From Thermoproteota archaeon (GTDB lineage Archaea; Korarchaeota; Korarchaeia; Korarchaeales; Korarchaeaceae): a stretch of DNA of 64,000 nt. The notes under the pieces were generated by a model. It saw only the letters and a list, made by a program, of their open reading frames with translations, ran no database searches and was not told the origin of the DNA. The stretch covers positions 27,955 to 91,954 of the forward strand of contig JAOZFG010000028.1 in the NCBI GenBank assembly GCA_027491435.1, written 5' to 3'. Shown piece by piece: positions 1 through 9,694 of this stretch. Numbering within the stretch: the stretch's first letter is position 1; each line of letters opens with the position of its first letter. Both the position numbers and the translations under genes were made by a program.

Positions 1-78
1 CTTGATGGGATCCGCGTCGGCGTTATGCCCTCCCCACGACACGGGAGAGATGGATTTAAGGTTCACAGAGGCTATCAA
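1..78 (-). CDS. RAMP-family Cmr subunit, N-terminal 26 codons only (probably Cmr1), runs off the window
   Basis: TTG at 78 overlaps the cmr5 stop (TTGA). It reads MIASVNLKSISPVSWGGHNADADPIK, resembling the first RAMP strand plus the [TS]PxxxGG motif of Cmr1. Confidence 0.6.
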   Translation of the reverse strand, partial: MIASVNLKSISPVSWGGHNADADPIK

Positions 79-461
79 GCCCCTTTCACCTCACCATACT
101 TAGCCTCCACTAGCAATTTGAGGGCCTCGGCAGCTAAGAGGGACTCATCTAACATCAGGGAGACTTCCTCAGGGCTCCTTTCGAAGAGGTAGTCTAGCAG
201 GCTCCCCTCATATTCGTTTAGAAGGCCAGCTGAGCTAAGGGACTCCCTCAGGTAGTCTAGAATCAAGGACTCCGCTTTTTCAGAGCCCTCTTCGCCTTTC
301 CTCTTCTCTAGGTAGAGAACTGTGAGCATCATCCCGTTGCTGAGCAGTAGAGAGGGTAGCCTCTTGGAAAGGGAGACGAACTCCTTCCTCACCTTCCCTA
401 TATACTCCTCCCTGTCTTTGATGAAGTTGTAGGCCCTCTTCAACCTCTCTGAGCTGTACAT
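75..461 (-). CDS. cmr5: Type III-B CRISPR small subunit Cmr5
   Basis: 128 aa helical protein with KRLPSLLLSNGMMLTVLYL (Cmr5 'LP.mI..NGL..tla' motif), located directly after cmr4. Confidence 0.85.
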   Translation of the reverse strand: MYSSERLKRAYNFIKDREEYIGKVRKEFVSLSKRLPSLLLSNGMMLTVLYLEKRKGEEGSEKAESLILDYLRESLSSAGLLNEYEGSLLDYLFERSPEEVSLMLDESLLAAEALKLLVEAKYGEVKGA

Positions 462-465
462 GGGA

Positions 466-1329
466 TCACCTCAGGGGTATTATCTCAGCGAATCCGAGGC
501 CCGTGGTCATGTCGCCCCCCACGTGCACTACCCCTGAAAGCACCTTTCTCAGGTCTTGTTCAAGCTCTTTAGGGAAGAAGACCGCTGAGTACATTATGGT
601 CTCAGGTGGGAGGTCCTCCTGGAACCACAGGTTGTTTACCACGCCCTTCTCTTCATCTATCTGTATGTGCGGATTTACCATGAGGGCCCTCTTGAGCAAC
701 CTCCTGAACTCGTCGTCTGACACCACCACTAGCCTCTCTCCAACTTCCTTCAGTTTGCCGCCCATCAATTTCAGGAATTCCATCTCCTTATTCACGGCCT
801 TGTACTTAACGTCCTCAAGTATCACCAGGCTCTTCCCCCTTAACTCGAGCGTTAGCCTCTCACCGCTCACGAAAGCCTCGCCTTTCCCGGGATCCTGCAC
901 CCCCTCAAGCTGACCGCTTTTACCCCTTCCTAGAAGCTCGTCCACCAGGTTTAGGTCCTCTATGAACCTGTTTATCAGGAAGGGGGAAGTTACCCACCCG
1001 TAGACGCCCTTCAGGCTCCTGACAGGAATCATGAGGAGTTTGGCGTCCATGAATACCGCTTTGCCCATCCCCTTATCCCCTTCTCCCGGCTTAGGTCCGA
1101 AGATCTCTAGGACTTTACCATCTTCCAGCTTTTTGGAGGCCCAGGCCCTTAAAGCTCCCTTGAGGCTGCTTCCATATATCACTGGGAGGTCCGTGTGCGC
1201 TTCCCTTTGGACTGGCAGGTCTACGAGGCCGCTAACCCTGGCGCCGCTGCCAGGGTGTAGGGGGGTCAGAGCCCTTATCAGGTAGGGCATCCCACCGCTG
1301 AAAATCCTCTTGACCAAGGGTTCTCCCAT
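466..1329 (-). CDS. cmr4: Type III-B CRISPR backbone RNase Cmr4 (Cas7 family)
   Basis: ALTPLHPGSG, VDLPVQRE (catalytic Asp), GSSLKGALR, LWFQEDLP and the C-terminal G-rich loop GGDMTTGLG. Confidence 0.95.
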   Translation of the reverse strand: MGEPLVKRIFSGGMPYLIRALTPLHPGSGARVSGLVDLPVQREAHTDLPVIYGSSLKGALRAWASKKLEDGKVLEIFGPKPGEGDKGMGKAVFMDAKLLMIPVRSLKGVYGWVTSPFLINRFIEDLNLVDELLGRGKSGQLEGVQDPGKGEAFVSGERLTLELRGKSLVILEDVKYKAVNKEMEFLKLMGGKLKEVGERLVVVSDDEFRRLLKRALMVNPHIQIDEEKGVVNNLWFQEDLPPETIMYSAVFFPKELEQDLRKVLSGVVHVGGDMTTGLGFAEIIPLR

Positions 1330-1333
1330 AACA

Positions 1334-2389
1334 TCACCCCACTAGGGAAATCAAGGGAGAGCCAAATCCCCTCTCCCAGAAGAGGGAAAGCCTCCAAAAA
1401 CTGTAGGTTAGCTCCCACCTGCCGACGTCTTCCCCTAACTTTAGGTAGAAGACAGCACCTGGAGGCACCGCGGCGTAAAGCTTCCTTGCCCTAGCCCTCT
1501 TTATGTCCCACCCGCTCACTAGCCTGGGAGGTCCGCTTACCATCAGGGCAGATCCTCTCTCAAGTAGCTTGGGCTTTCCAGGGAGCTTCAATTCAGGGAC
1601 ACTGACGTCCTTGCCTTCCCTCCTGTAAATAGCTGGGGAGAGCAGGACTACCTTGACCACGGAGTTGGCCTTCAAAACGTCGTCCTTCAGCCACTTAGGG
1701 GTCCAACTTTCCCTGGTAACGCCCACAGGCCTGCCCTCACCCCCTAACTTGATCACAGGGGGGACTTCCAGCCTGACATCTCCCTTGCTCGCTACTAGAA
1801 CTCCTATGGAAGCTTCCTTCAGCCTGACGTGCCTTGATGTGTAGAGAAAGTCCTCTACCGCCGTTCTACTGGCGTCGTCCAGGTGGATTCCTAGCCTTTT
1901 CTCCTCAAATATTGGTTCCTCAACCTCATTTACTGAATTCAGCTTACCTTCAGCGTACCTCTCAAGTAGGTCGTGGGGGATCCAATTGCACCTACCCTCC
2001 CCAGGTATTATGGACGGCAGTTGAGAGGAGTAAAGCTTTGAGTTCGTCCGGGAGAGGTAGACCATGGCGTTGAGGTCTAAGGGACAGGGGAACCACCTCT
2101 TACCCTTCCAGACGAGGAACGGCCCGTAGAACATGAACCCAGTTAGGTCCCCCTCCTCCTCTATCTCTTCATCCCAGTCACTGGTTAACCCGTATGAAGA
2201 GCCCAAGTTGCCCGTGCTCATTATGTGGGCGTACAGCAGGGCCCCAGATACCGTCCAGGGTAAGGGGAACCTGAGGCCCCCGCCAGGGGAGTTAAGGTCT
2301 AGCCCCAAGTTGTCGCCGAAGAAGAGGCTGTCCAAGGGTTTAAGGGAGAGGAGCTCAAACTCAGGTGGTTTCGGCACGTTAGAACTCAC
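1334..2389 (-). CDS. cmr3: Type III-B CRISPR subunit Cmr3 (Cas5 family)
   Basis: LKPLDSLFFG, PLPWTVSGAL, IKLGGEGR, VSGWD, AVPPGAVFY and GFG motifs; lies between cmr2 and cmr4. Confidence 0.92.
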   Translation of the reverse strand: MSSNVPKPPEFELLSLKPLDSLFFGDNLGLDLNSPGGGLRFPLPWTVSGALLYAHIMSTGNLGSSYGLTSDWDEEIEEEGDLTGFMFYGPFLVWKGKRWFPCPLDLNAMVYLSRTNSKLYSSQLPSIIPGEGRCNWIPHDLLERYAEGKLNSVNEVEEPIFEEKRLGIHLDDASRTAVEDFLYTSRHVRLKEASIGVLVASKGDVRLEVPPVIKLGGEGRPVGVTRESWTPKWLKDDVLKANSVVKVVLLSPAIYRREGKDVSVPELKLPGKPKLLERGSALMVSGPPRLVSGWDIKRARARKLYAAVPPGAVFYLKLGEDVGRWELTYSFWRLSLFWERGFGSPLISLVG

Positions 2390-5300
2390 CCTAACACCTC
2401 CCTATAAACTAACAACAGCGCCATATGGGCGTTGTAGAGCGGGCTCTCCTTTACAGGATCTTCGGGCCTGATTTCCGCTATCTTCATGTAGAGGTCGATC
2501 AGCTCCTTCGCCTTATCTACATCCGCCTTACCTGCCGCCCCGTGTAGGTTCCTGGATACGCACCTCCTGATCAAGGAGCTTAGCAGCTCCTTGTCACCTC
2601 CAACGGAATCGAACATAGCGGAGTAAAGCTCTAGGTACTCTAGCATGTCCCTGAGGAAGCTCTTAGAAAGCCTTACCTCTCCTTCTCCCCTCATCAGGCT
2701 GAAGACCTTGCGGGAAAGTTCTTCCACGTAATTGGACCTTAGCAGGTCGCCTGGGATTAAGGCCCTCCTCCCTCCCTGCCCTCTAGCCACCCTGAGGATG
2801 GAGGACCTGTCCCTCCCCCCGCAACCTCCCGCCTCAGCGTTCCCCTTAGCTCTACAACCTTCGCCTTTGAGCGCCTCTCCTTTGGCCACCTCCTCCTCTC
2901 CCCTAGCTAGCCTCAGCATCTCAGACATGGGCACCAGCCTGTGTGATATCAGGAGGCCGGAGCTGGCGGTGGCCTTGTTGCCCATACCCATTACGTAAGT
3001 TTGGCCTATCTTGATGACTTCAGAGCTGAAGGCAGTGTGAAGGGCCGTAATCAGCTTAATTGGCATTCCCCCAGAGGCTGGAACCATTGCCAGCAGGTCG
3101 TCGCCTCCCGAGTAGAAGACGAACCCTCCCAGGGATTCAACTATGTGGGGGAAGACCGACAAGGCCATGTCCCTCAGTACCCTGCTTAAGGTCCTGTGGT
3201 AGGAGGGGGTGGCTAACTTGTACGCTCCCTTCAGGTCATCCAGTACGGGACCTAAGTTGCTGTCATTCCTGAGGGCTGGGTGAACCCTCTCATAAAACTG
3301 GGAGCCTGTCCTGATCAGCTGGATCCCGGAGACCCAGTCCCCTATCCTGTCCCCGTCGAAGTATATGAGGGCCAGGTAATTTGAAAGCCTGCTCTTGAAT
3401 TCTGAGTACTTTTCCATTATCTCGATCAGGCGCTCGATCTCCCCCTTCCACCCTTCAATCTTCTCCTTCGGCAGTCCAGCCCTATCCATCATCCTAATCA
3501 CGTTTTTCCATGTGGAGGGGAAGAGCAGGGTACCGGGTATTCTCTCTGGATCCTCAAACCTGTAATCGGAGTACGCCTTGAAGAGGCCTGACTCGTCAAC
3601 GAGGCTTGGATACCTAAACCCCAGCTCGGCTAGCACGCCCCTAACTTTAGACGCTAAAGCCCTGTCCTTATCCCTTATCTCCTTGTAGAACTCTGCTACA
3701 GCGTTTAACGCCAGGAATAGCTGATTAATTAGTTTATTCGCCTCTTCACCTCCTTCCTTCAAGAGCTCCTTGGCCAACTTGGCTGCGACGTCATCTAACG
3801 TCGGTATGTTGCGAACCTCCTCCCTTAACTTGTCCAGCGCCCCGAGCTCCCTTAACTTGCCCTTCAGGGTTTCTAGGTCAACGTCCATCACGTAAGCCCA
3901 GGCACCCAGCAGGAGTTCCGGACCGCCCGTGCTCCTAAGCAACCTTTTGATCAGGCACACTGGACATAGGGGCTCCTCTTCTGACAGCAGGTTGGCTATG
4001 CCGCTTGCCCTTTCCCGTAACCTCTCTAAGAAGTTTCTCCATCCCTCCCTCTCAGAAATTCGCCCGCCATTGGACAAGGCTATTGGATTTCTCGACCCAC
4101 ATAGCTTGCACCTCCTCCTCACTATGACCTCACCAGGGTTCAATGAGATTTCTGCTGGCTCCTCGAGGAGCTCGAATTCCTGCATGTACTTTAAAGCCAT
4201 CATCTTAAGCTGTAGGAGCCTGTAGGCCAGCGGGTAGAAGAAGCTTCCCTTAACCTTGTAACCCCCTAACTTATTCCTAACTAATATTATCCTGGCAAAG
4301 CTCTCCAGTAAGCCCATCACGCCGTCCAATTCTACAAGCTCCTCTGGTAAAGAGTCCTTTAGTCCTTCCAAGATGCAATCCAAATCTTTGCAGTCCCTTA
4401 ATTTGGAGTCCAGTGAGTCGACTTCTTCCAACCTGACGTGGGAGCTCCTAAGGGATAAGGGGAAGGGGATCCCATCAACCTCGCTAAAGTAAAAGGTTGC
4501 GTTAGGTAAGGCCTTGAGAATCCACTCCTCTAACTGATCCCACAAGCGCTTGAATAGGCCTCTAACCTTCTGATCAACTTTTCCCTTAATTTTATCGACT
4601 TCGCCCCCCGGCACTATGGACGTGAAGGATCCTGGGATTGAAGGGGTTAGCAAAGCCTTGACGAACCTCTCAACTCCTCCCCAAAGGTTTAACAGCTCAT
4701 CCTTTCTTAGTACTCCTTCTAAATAAAGATATAAGTCTATGAAAGGATTTCCCCTGAGATCTGGATGAATTATTGAGTCAGGCCCTAGCTCCTTTACCAC
4801 CTCTATCATCCCGGATAAGGCCATCAGGCTAACTAAGTAGCTGCTAGCCCACAAGTCCCTGGCCTTCCTGCTGTGAGATATGAATTTTTGGACGCCCCCA
4901 ATGTCAAATGCCAGGAGAGTGGGCTCATCCACCAGAAAGGAGGAGGTGGTCACTAGATGATCGTAAATTGAGTGATCTGGTATACGGGAGTCCGCCGGGA
5001 ACCATGATGCGATGAAGCCCCTGAAGCCCTTCTCGCCGTGAAGCTGGTCGAGCATCCTCCAGATCCACAGGTACAACCTCCTCCAGCCCAGCTCCCTTTC
5101 CTTAACGTTTTTCAACGTCTCTACCGCTTTATCGGTTAGTTTACTGAATTTCATCTCCGATACCACGGCTTTTGAATTAACTTTCTCCACTTTAATGCCC
5201 TTCCTAGGGTCTGAAACGTTTGTGACCTTGAGGTCCTCCCTAACCAACCCCTCCGAGCTCATTGGATGTAGGATTACCTCTTCATGTTTGTTCCAAGATA

Positions 5301-5535
5301 TCTCGGGCAGGCCCGCCTGCCCTCTGTAGAGGGGGATTCTGTCTGACGCTGAGGCGGCGACATCCGCCTTAGAAATCTTTTTCTTATCATCGCAGGATAG
5401 CTTGGGCAGATTTAGCGCAGACTTGATGGCTTCAGCCCTCTTGACGTGGTTGACTACGTCCAAAACTTTGTCTGGAGGATCGTGAAGCAAGGCGTGGATT
5501 TTCAATATCCAGAATTCGTCATCCTCCAGGCCCAT
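2386..5535 (-). CDS. cas10: Type III-B Cas10/Cmr2 large subunit
   Basis: N-terminal LLHDPPDK, PADSRIPDHSIYDHL, GGVQKFISHSRKARDLWASSYL, Zn-finger CKLC...CPVC, palm motifs DGDRIG and YSGGDDLLA. Confidence 0.96.
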   Translation of the reverse strand: MGLEDDEFWILKIHALLHDPPDKVLDVVNHVKRAEAIKSALNLPKLSCDDKKKISKADVAASASDRIPLYRGQAGLPEISWNKHEEVILHPMSSEGLVREDLKVTNVSDPRKGIKVEKVNSKAVVSEMKFSKLTDKAVETLKNVKERELGWRRLYLWIWRMLDQLHGEKGFRGFIASWFPADSRIPDHSIYDHLVTTSSFLVDEPTLLAFDIGGVQKFISHSRKARDLWASSYLVSLMALSGMIEVVKELGPDSIIHPDLRGNPFIDLYLYLEGVLRKDELLNLWGGVERFVKALLTPSIPGSFTSIVPGGEVDKIKGKVDQKVRGLFKRLWDQLEEWILKALPNATFYFSEVDGIPFPLSLRSSHVRLEEVDSLDSKLRDCKDLDCILEGLKDSLPEELVELDGVMGLLESFARIILVRNKLGGYKVKGSFFYPLAYRLLQLKMMALKYMQEFELLEEPAEISLNPGEVIVRRRCKLCGSRNPIALSNGGRISEREGWRNFLERLRERASGIANLLSEEEPLCPVCLIKRLLRSTGGPELLLGAWAYVMDVDLETLKGKLRELGALDKLREEVRNIPTLDDVAAKLAKELLKEGGEEANKLINQLFLALNAVAEFYKEIRDKDRALASKVRGVLAELGFRYPSLVDESGLFKAYSDYRFEDPERIPGTLLFPSTWKNVIRMMDRAGLPKEKIEGWKGEIERLIEIMEKYSEFKSRLSNYLALIYFDGDRIGDWVSGIQLIRTGSQFYERVHPALRNDSNLGPVLDDLKGAYKLATPSYHRTLSRVLRDMALSVFPHIVESLGGFVFYSGGDDLLAMVPASGGMPIKLITALHTAFSSEVIKIGQTYVMGMGNKATASSGLLISHRLVPMSEMLRLARGEEEVAKGEALKGEGCRAKGNAEAGGCGGRDRSSILRVARGQGGRRALIPGDLLRSNYVEELSRKVFSLMRGEGEVRLSKSFLRDMLEYLELYSAMFDSVGGDKELLSSLIRRCVSRNLHGAAGKADVDKAKELIDLYMKIAEIRPEDPVKESPLYNAHMALLLVYREVLG

Positions 5536-5558
5536 CCCCAGGGATCCAGGGATGATCG

Positions 5559-5565
5559 TATTTAA
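5559..5565 (-). promoter_or_regulatory. Probable TATA box of the cmr operon (likely leaderless or short-leader transcript)
   Basis: TTAAATA on the minus strand, 24-30 nt upstream of the cas10 ATG. Confidence 0.5.
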
Positions 5566-5861
5566 CGCTATTACACCTAAATTTCGATTGAGCGGCCCTA
5601 TTTGGAAAATTTTGGCCTAGTGTTAGGACGACACCAAGCTTGAAGGTGCCCTCAAAAGTCTAGGGGGGGAAGTCCATTCAAGTGGTAACACGCCTTTTAA
5701 GAGAACATCCCTTATTAGAAAAAAGAGAGTGATGCCCTTTAGGTAGGCATTAAAGGTCGCGGGCAGAAGCCCTTTCAAGGTGGTAGTAACCGTTGGGGTA
5801 TGGGTGAGGCGTTCCCGAAGATGCTTTATAAGCGCCAGGCGAGTTCACGAGAGTAAAGGGA

Positions 5862-7067
5862 TTAAGGCCAGAGGAGGTAGCCGATGGTCAAGGATATCAA
5901 GACGGCCAGTGAAGAGGTGGGCAACAGGTACTTGTAGGCTCCCCTGAACCTCCCCCCGTAGTGCTCCAGGGTTAGTATCAGGCAGAGGTGAACTGGCGAG
6001 AGCATCACCCCTATGTAGCCGCCAGTGTAACCCACTAGCAAGGCCAGGTCGTTTATCCTCTCCCCGGTCCCCAGCACGTTTATCAGGAGGGGGAAGGCAG
6101 TCCCGGCGAAGACGAACTCGCCTGCCGTGGTTGCCCCTATTGAGAAGGGCAGGAGGAAGACCACCGGGAGTATGGGTATCCCCCTGGAGGTCATGAACTC
6201 AAGCAGGGCATCGGCTGAGCCGCTGTCGTAAACGTACTGCCTGTACATCATGACTGCTACTATCACCAGCAGTATCTTGTAGGAGATGGCGAACTTCAGC
6301 CCCTCCTTGACCTGCTCCTTGGAGGGCCTGGCGTAGGCCGTCACAGCTAGGGCCGTAATTAAGAGGGCTAACTCCACGGGCAGCCTGACCAGGAAGACCA
6401 GCGCTATTATCAGGAGGAAGGGCCAAGCGGCCTTGACGTTCTCCCCTCTGTTCACACCTTCGATAGAGCAAGCCCTGGCCTTCCTCCTTATTAGAGGTAA
6501 TGACACCAAAAGGCCTGCCAGTATTGAGCCTATGGCAGCTGGGAAGGTTGCCTCTATGATCCTGACCACTGGGGCGTTCAGCAACACGGCAGTCAGTATC
6601 ATCGCCTGGTAAAGGGGCCAGACGGGCACCCATATGTGCCTGAACCAGTAGTTCAGGAAAGAAGCGAAGTCGCTATCCAAGCCCTGCTTCTCAAGGTAGT
6701 GCTCCTTTAACATCATGGCCGACACCAAGGCCCCTCCGGGCATTGGTATTAGCCCTACTAGGGAGGGGATGAACAGGGAGGCGAAGCTGCAGTTTAGGCT
6801 GGCGAAGAGGTCGGTCAGCCTCTGTAGGATCCCAGAGGCCTTCATCATGTAGGATAGGAAGAGGGCCGAAATGAAGGCCGTGAAGAGCTTGGCCGTGGAG
6901 TAGGTCAACAGGCCCTTAACTGAGGATTCAACCATTTTTGCATCTAAAGTGAGGAAGCCGAAAAGCAGCGATGATGAGAGCACGGCTACGTGAACTCCCC
7001 TTCTAGTGGCCAGCAGGAGCACCAGGACTATTACTGATATGAGGAAGCTGATGACCGGGTCCACCAT
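5862..7067 (-). CDS. DUF401-family multi-pass membrane protein (putative transporter)
   Basis: Hydrophobic 401 aa protein with GLIPMPGGALVSA, NYWFRHIW and SPVHLCLILT motifs typical of this family. Confidence 0.8.
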   Translation of the reverse strand: MVDPVISFLISVIVLVLLLATRRGVHVAVLSSSLLFGFLTLDAKMVESSVKGLLTYSTAKLFTAFISALFLSYMMKASGILQRLTDLFASLNCSFASLFIPSLVGLIPMPGGALVSAMMLKEHYLEKQGLDSDFASFLNYWFRHIWVPVWPLYQAMILTAVLLNAPVVRIIEATFPAAIGSILAGLLVSLPLIRRKARACSIEGVNRGENVKAAWPFLLIIALVFLVRLPVELALLITALAVTAYARPSKEQVKEGLKFAISYKILLVIVAVMMYRQYVYDSGSADALLEFMTSRGIPILPVVFLLPFSIGATTAGEFVFAGTAFPLLINVLGTGERINDLALLVGYTGGYIGVMLSPVHLCLILTLEHYGGRFRGAYKYLLPTSSLAVLISLTIGYLLWP

Positions 7068-7452
7068 TTTGCCCGGGTATAGTCAACCTGAAAGTAAAAA
7101 AGTGAGGTGGTCTACTAAAGAGGGGCTTTGGGCTCTCAGAGATAACACCTTCCCCATAAGTGGACGTCAGGCCTGCAGCCCCAGAGGCTTCATTAATAAT
7201 TTTATTATATGATGGGTTTTCAAGATTAGTTTCAGAGGGACAAAGAGCCCTTAAAGAGCTTTTATGATTACCGGATTTCTACCACTCAAACCTCTTGAGG
7301 TGCTCTCACAGTTAACTCATCCTATTGGATTACCCTCTTAGCAGTTGAGCCTCCAGCGTATCCTTCATGAGTTTATAGTGCGTGGACAGGCAAAGAGACA
7401 CCGAGAAACCGGTTCCCTTTTTTATTTCCTCTTCCCTCTTGCATGAGGTACC

Positions 7453-8877
7453 ATGGAGCTAAGGGAGTATCTGAACGTCCTTGAAGCTAGAGAGGAGCTC
7501 AGAGTTGTGAAGGCCCCTGTGGACGTGAGCTTAGAGGTGGCGGAGATACTAAGGAGGGTGGCCAAGGGAGGGCCAGCCCTCCTATTCACCAACCTGAAGG
7601 GTTTCCCCGGTTGGAGGCTAGTGGGCAACCTCTTCTCCAAGGAAGACAGGCTGCTAACAGCTCTCAACGTCTCCAAGCTGGAGGACGCCGGTAGTCGGCT
7701 AGTTTCCTTGATGAGGGGTCCTCCTCCCCTCACCCTAAGCGATAAGCTCAGAACCCTAGGCCAGGTCCTGGACGCTGGAAAGGTCACCCCTAAAAAGGGC
7801 AAGCCCAAGTGGAGGGAGGTGGAGCTAACCCTAGAGCAACTACCCGCCCTGAAGACCTGGCCCAAGGACGCTGGCAGGTTTCTCACATTCCCGGTGGTAA
7901 TAACCAAGGACCCTGACACGGGGATCCACCACGCCGGGGTTTACAGGATGCAGATAATGGGAGAGAGGAAGGCGGGGATGCACTGGCACGTGCACAAGAG
8001 GGGGGCTAACTACCAGCAGAAAAGGTGGGAAAGAGAGGAGCCAGTAGAGGTAGCAGTTGCCATAGGCGTTGACCCGGCCTTAGCGTTCACGGCCGTGGCT
8101 CCAGTGCCTGAAGGGCTGGACAGCTACCTGTTCGCCGGCATGATTTCGGGGAGGCCCATGAAGCTCAGCGAGGGGCCTACAACGGGACTTCTGATACCTT
8201 CAGACGCTGAGGTGGTGCTTGAAGGAAGGGTTCCACCCAACGTATTTGAGGTTGAGGGTCCCTTCGGGGACCACATGGGCTACTACACTCCCCCCAAGCC
8301 CTTCCCCGTCTTCGAGCTTGAGAGGGCCTACGTTAGAGAGGACCCCATATTCCACGCCACCGTGGTGGGCCACCCGGAGCTCGAGGACGGCGTACTGGGT
8401 AAAGGTGTAGAGAGGGTATTTCTGCCCCTCATCAGGACCATATTCCCTGAGGTGGTGGACGTGAACCTGCCCAAGTACGGGCTGTTCCACGGTTTGGCCA
8501 TAATCTCAATAAGGAAGAGGTACCCGGGACAGGCCAAGCAGGTGGCCATGGGCCTACTAGGCGTAGGCCAGTTCAGCCTAACTAAGATAGTTGTGGTTGT
8601 AGACCATGACGTCAACGTCCATGACTTAAACCAGGTGATGTACGCGGTGGCGTCAACTGTAGATCCTCAGAGGGACGTTGCCATACTTGAGAACTGCGTC
8701 GCCGACGAGTTAGATCACGCAAGCGTTGGAGAGAGGGTGGGGGGCAAGATGATAGTGGACGCCACCAGGAAGCTCAGGGAAGAGGTGGGAAGGGAGTGGC
8801 CGGAGCCTGTGGCCCCTGACCCTGAGGTAGCAAGGCTGGTTGACGAGAGGTGGGGCGAATATGGGATTGAAGGTTAA
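7453..8877 (+). CDS. ubiD: UbiD-family prFMN-dependent decarboxylase (menaquinone-pathway type)
   Basis: WPKDAGRFLT, GVYRMQ, EGPFGDHMGYY, KRYPGQAK, VVVDHDVNVHD and GGKMIVDAT motifs. Confidence 0.92.
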   Translation: MELREYLNVLEAREELRVVKAPVDVSLEVAEILRRVAKGGPALLFTNLKGFPGWRLVGNLFSKEDRLLTALNVSKLEDAGSRLVSLMRGPPPLTLSDKLRTLGQVLDAGKVTPKKGKPKWREVELTLEQLPALKTWPKDAGRFLTFPVVITKDPDTGIHHAGVYRMQIMGERKAGMHWHVHKRGANYQQKRWEREEPVEVAVAIGVDPALAFTAVAPVPEGLDSYLFAGMISGRPMKLSEGPTTGLLIPSDAEVVLEGRVPPNVFEVEGPFGDHMGYYTPPKPFPVFELERAYVREDPIFHATVVGHPELEDGVLGKGVERVFLPLIRTIFPEVVDVNLPKYGLFHGLAIISIRKRYPGQAKQVAMGLLGVGQFSLTKIVVVVDHDVNVHDLNQVMYAVASTVDPQRDVAILENCVADELDHASVGERVGGKMIVDATRKLREEVGREWPEPVAPDPEVARLVDERWGEYGIEG

Positions 8878-9694
8878 GCCCTACCTAGAGATGCTCAGGG
8901 TTCACCACACCTTATTTTCGCTCCCCTTCGCCTACGTGGGCGCCTTGCTTAGGGGGCCAGTGGACTTGAGGTTGGCAGTGCTCATAGGCGTTGCCCTATT
9001 CCTGGCCAGGTCTGTGGCCTTACTAGCTAACGACCTCTTCGACAGGGACTTGGACGCCTTGAACCCGAGGACCAGCAACAGACCCCTGGTCAGGGGAGAA
9101 GCCTCCCCCAAGGCGACAGCCCTCCTGATAGCATTAATGTCGCTGGGTTTCGTCCTCACCTCTTTACTGATAAACCAGCTCGCCTTCACTCTCTCCTTCG
9201 TGATACTGGCAGCTGAGCTCTCTTACCCTTTCTCCAAGAGGGTTCACTGTTTCCCCCACTTCCACTTGGGGGCCATTCTCGGGTTCGTCCCCGTGGCTGG
9301 AGCCATAGCCGTCTCGGGGGACCTGTCCAACCTGCCCCTGGATTACGCCCTGGCCCTGTTCGCCTGGGTCTCTGGGTTCGACGTGCTCTACGCTCTACAG
9401 GACGTGGAAATGGACAGGAAGTTGGGGGTTAAGTCCATACCCGCCTGTTTCGGCGTCAAGGCTTCTAGGGCCCTGGCCTTGATGATGCACCTAATCTCCT
9501 CGGGGCTCCTGATCTGGTTCTCCCTCACCAGGGGGTACCTCATAGGCCTGGCCTCCACCTGGCTCGCTGTGATTTTAATGCTTTCCCAGCATTACGTGGC
9601 ACTCAGGAATCCGGGGAGGGCTTTCAACATGAACTTGGCCGTCTCTTTACTCCTGGGGGTTGGAATCTTGGTCGACCTCCTCTATAAGGTGTAG
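8861..9694 (+). CDS. ubiA: UbiA-family prenyltransferase (4-hydroxybenzoate/MqnP-like)
   Basis: HTLFSLPFAY, NDLFDRDLDALNPRTSNRPL and FDVLYALQD motifs. The ATG at 8861 overlaps the ubiD end. Confidence 0.88.
   Translation: MGLKVKPYLEMLRVHHTLFSLPFAYVGALLRGPVDLRLAVLIGVALFLARSVALLANDLFDRDLDALNPRTSNRPLVRGEASPKATALLIALMSLGFVLTSLLINQLAFTLSFVILAAELSYPFSKRVHCFPHFHLGAILGFVPVAGAIAVSGDLSNLPLDYALALFAWVSGFDVLYALQDVEMDRKLGVKSIPACFGVKASRALALMMHLISSGLLIWFSLTRGYLIGLASTWLAVILMLSQHYVALRNPGRAFNMNLAVSLLLGVGILVDLLYKV

Noticed and set aside
5536-5861. Possible CRISPR array or leader upstream of cas10
   Set aside because: No repeated 24-40 nt unit is visible. There is only a short GCTTTATAAGC TATA-like palindrome and unconvincing ORF remnants.
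7068-7452. 385-bp divergent intergenic region with an AT-rich imperfect palindrome and short GGGGCT/AGCCCC and AAAGAGC repeats
   Set aside because: Consistent with ordinary divergent promoters; the repeats are too short to support an RNA or array call.
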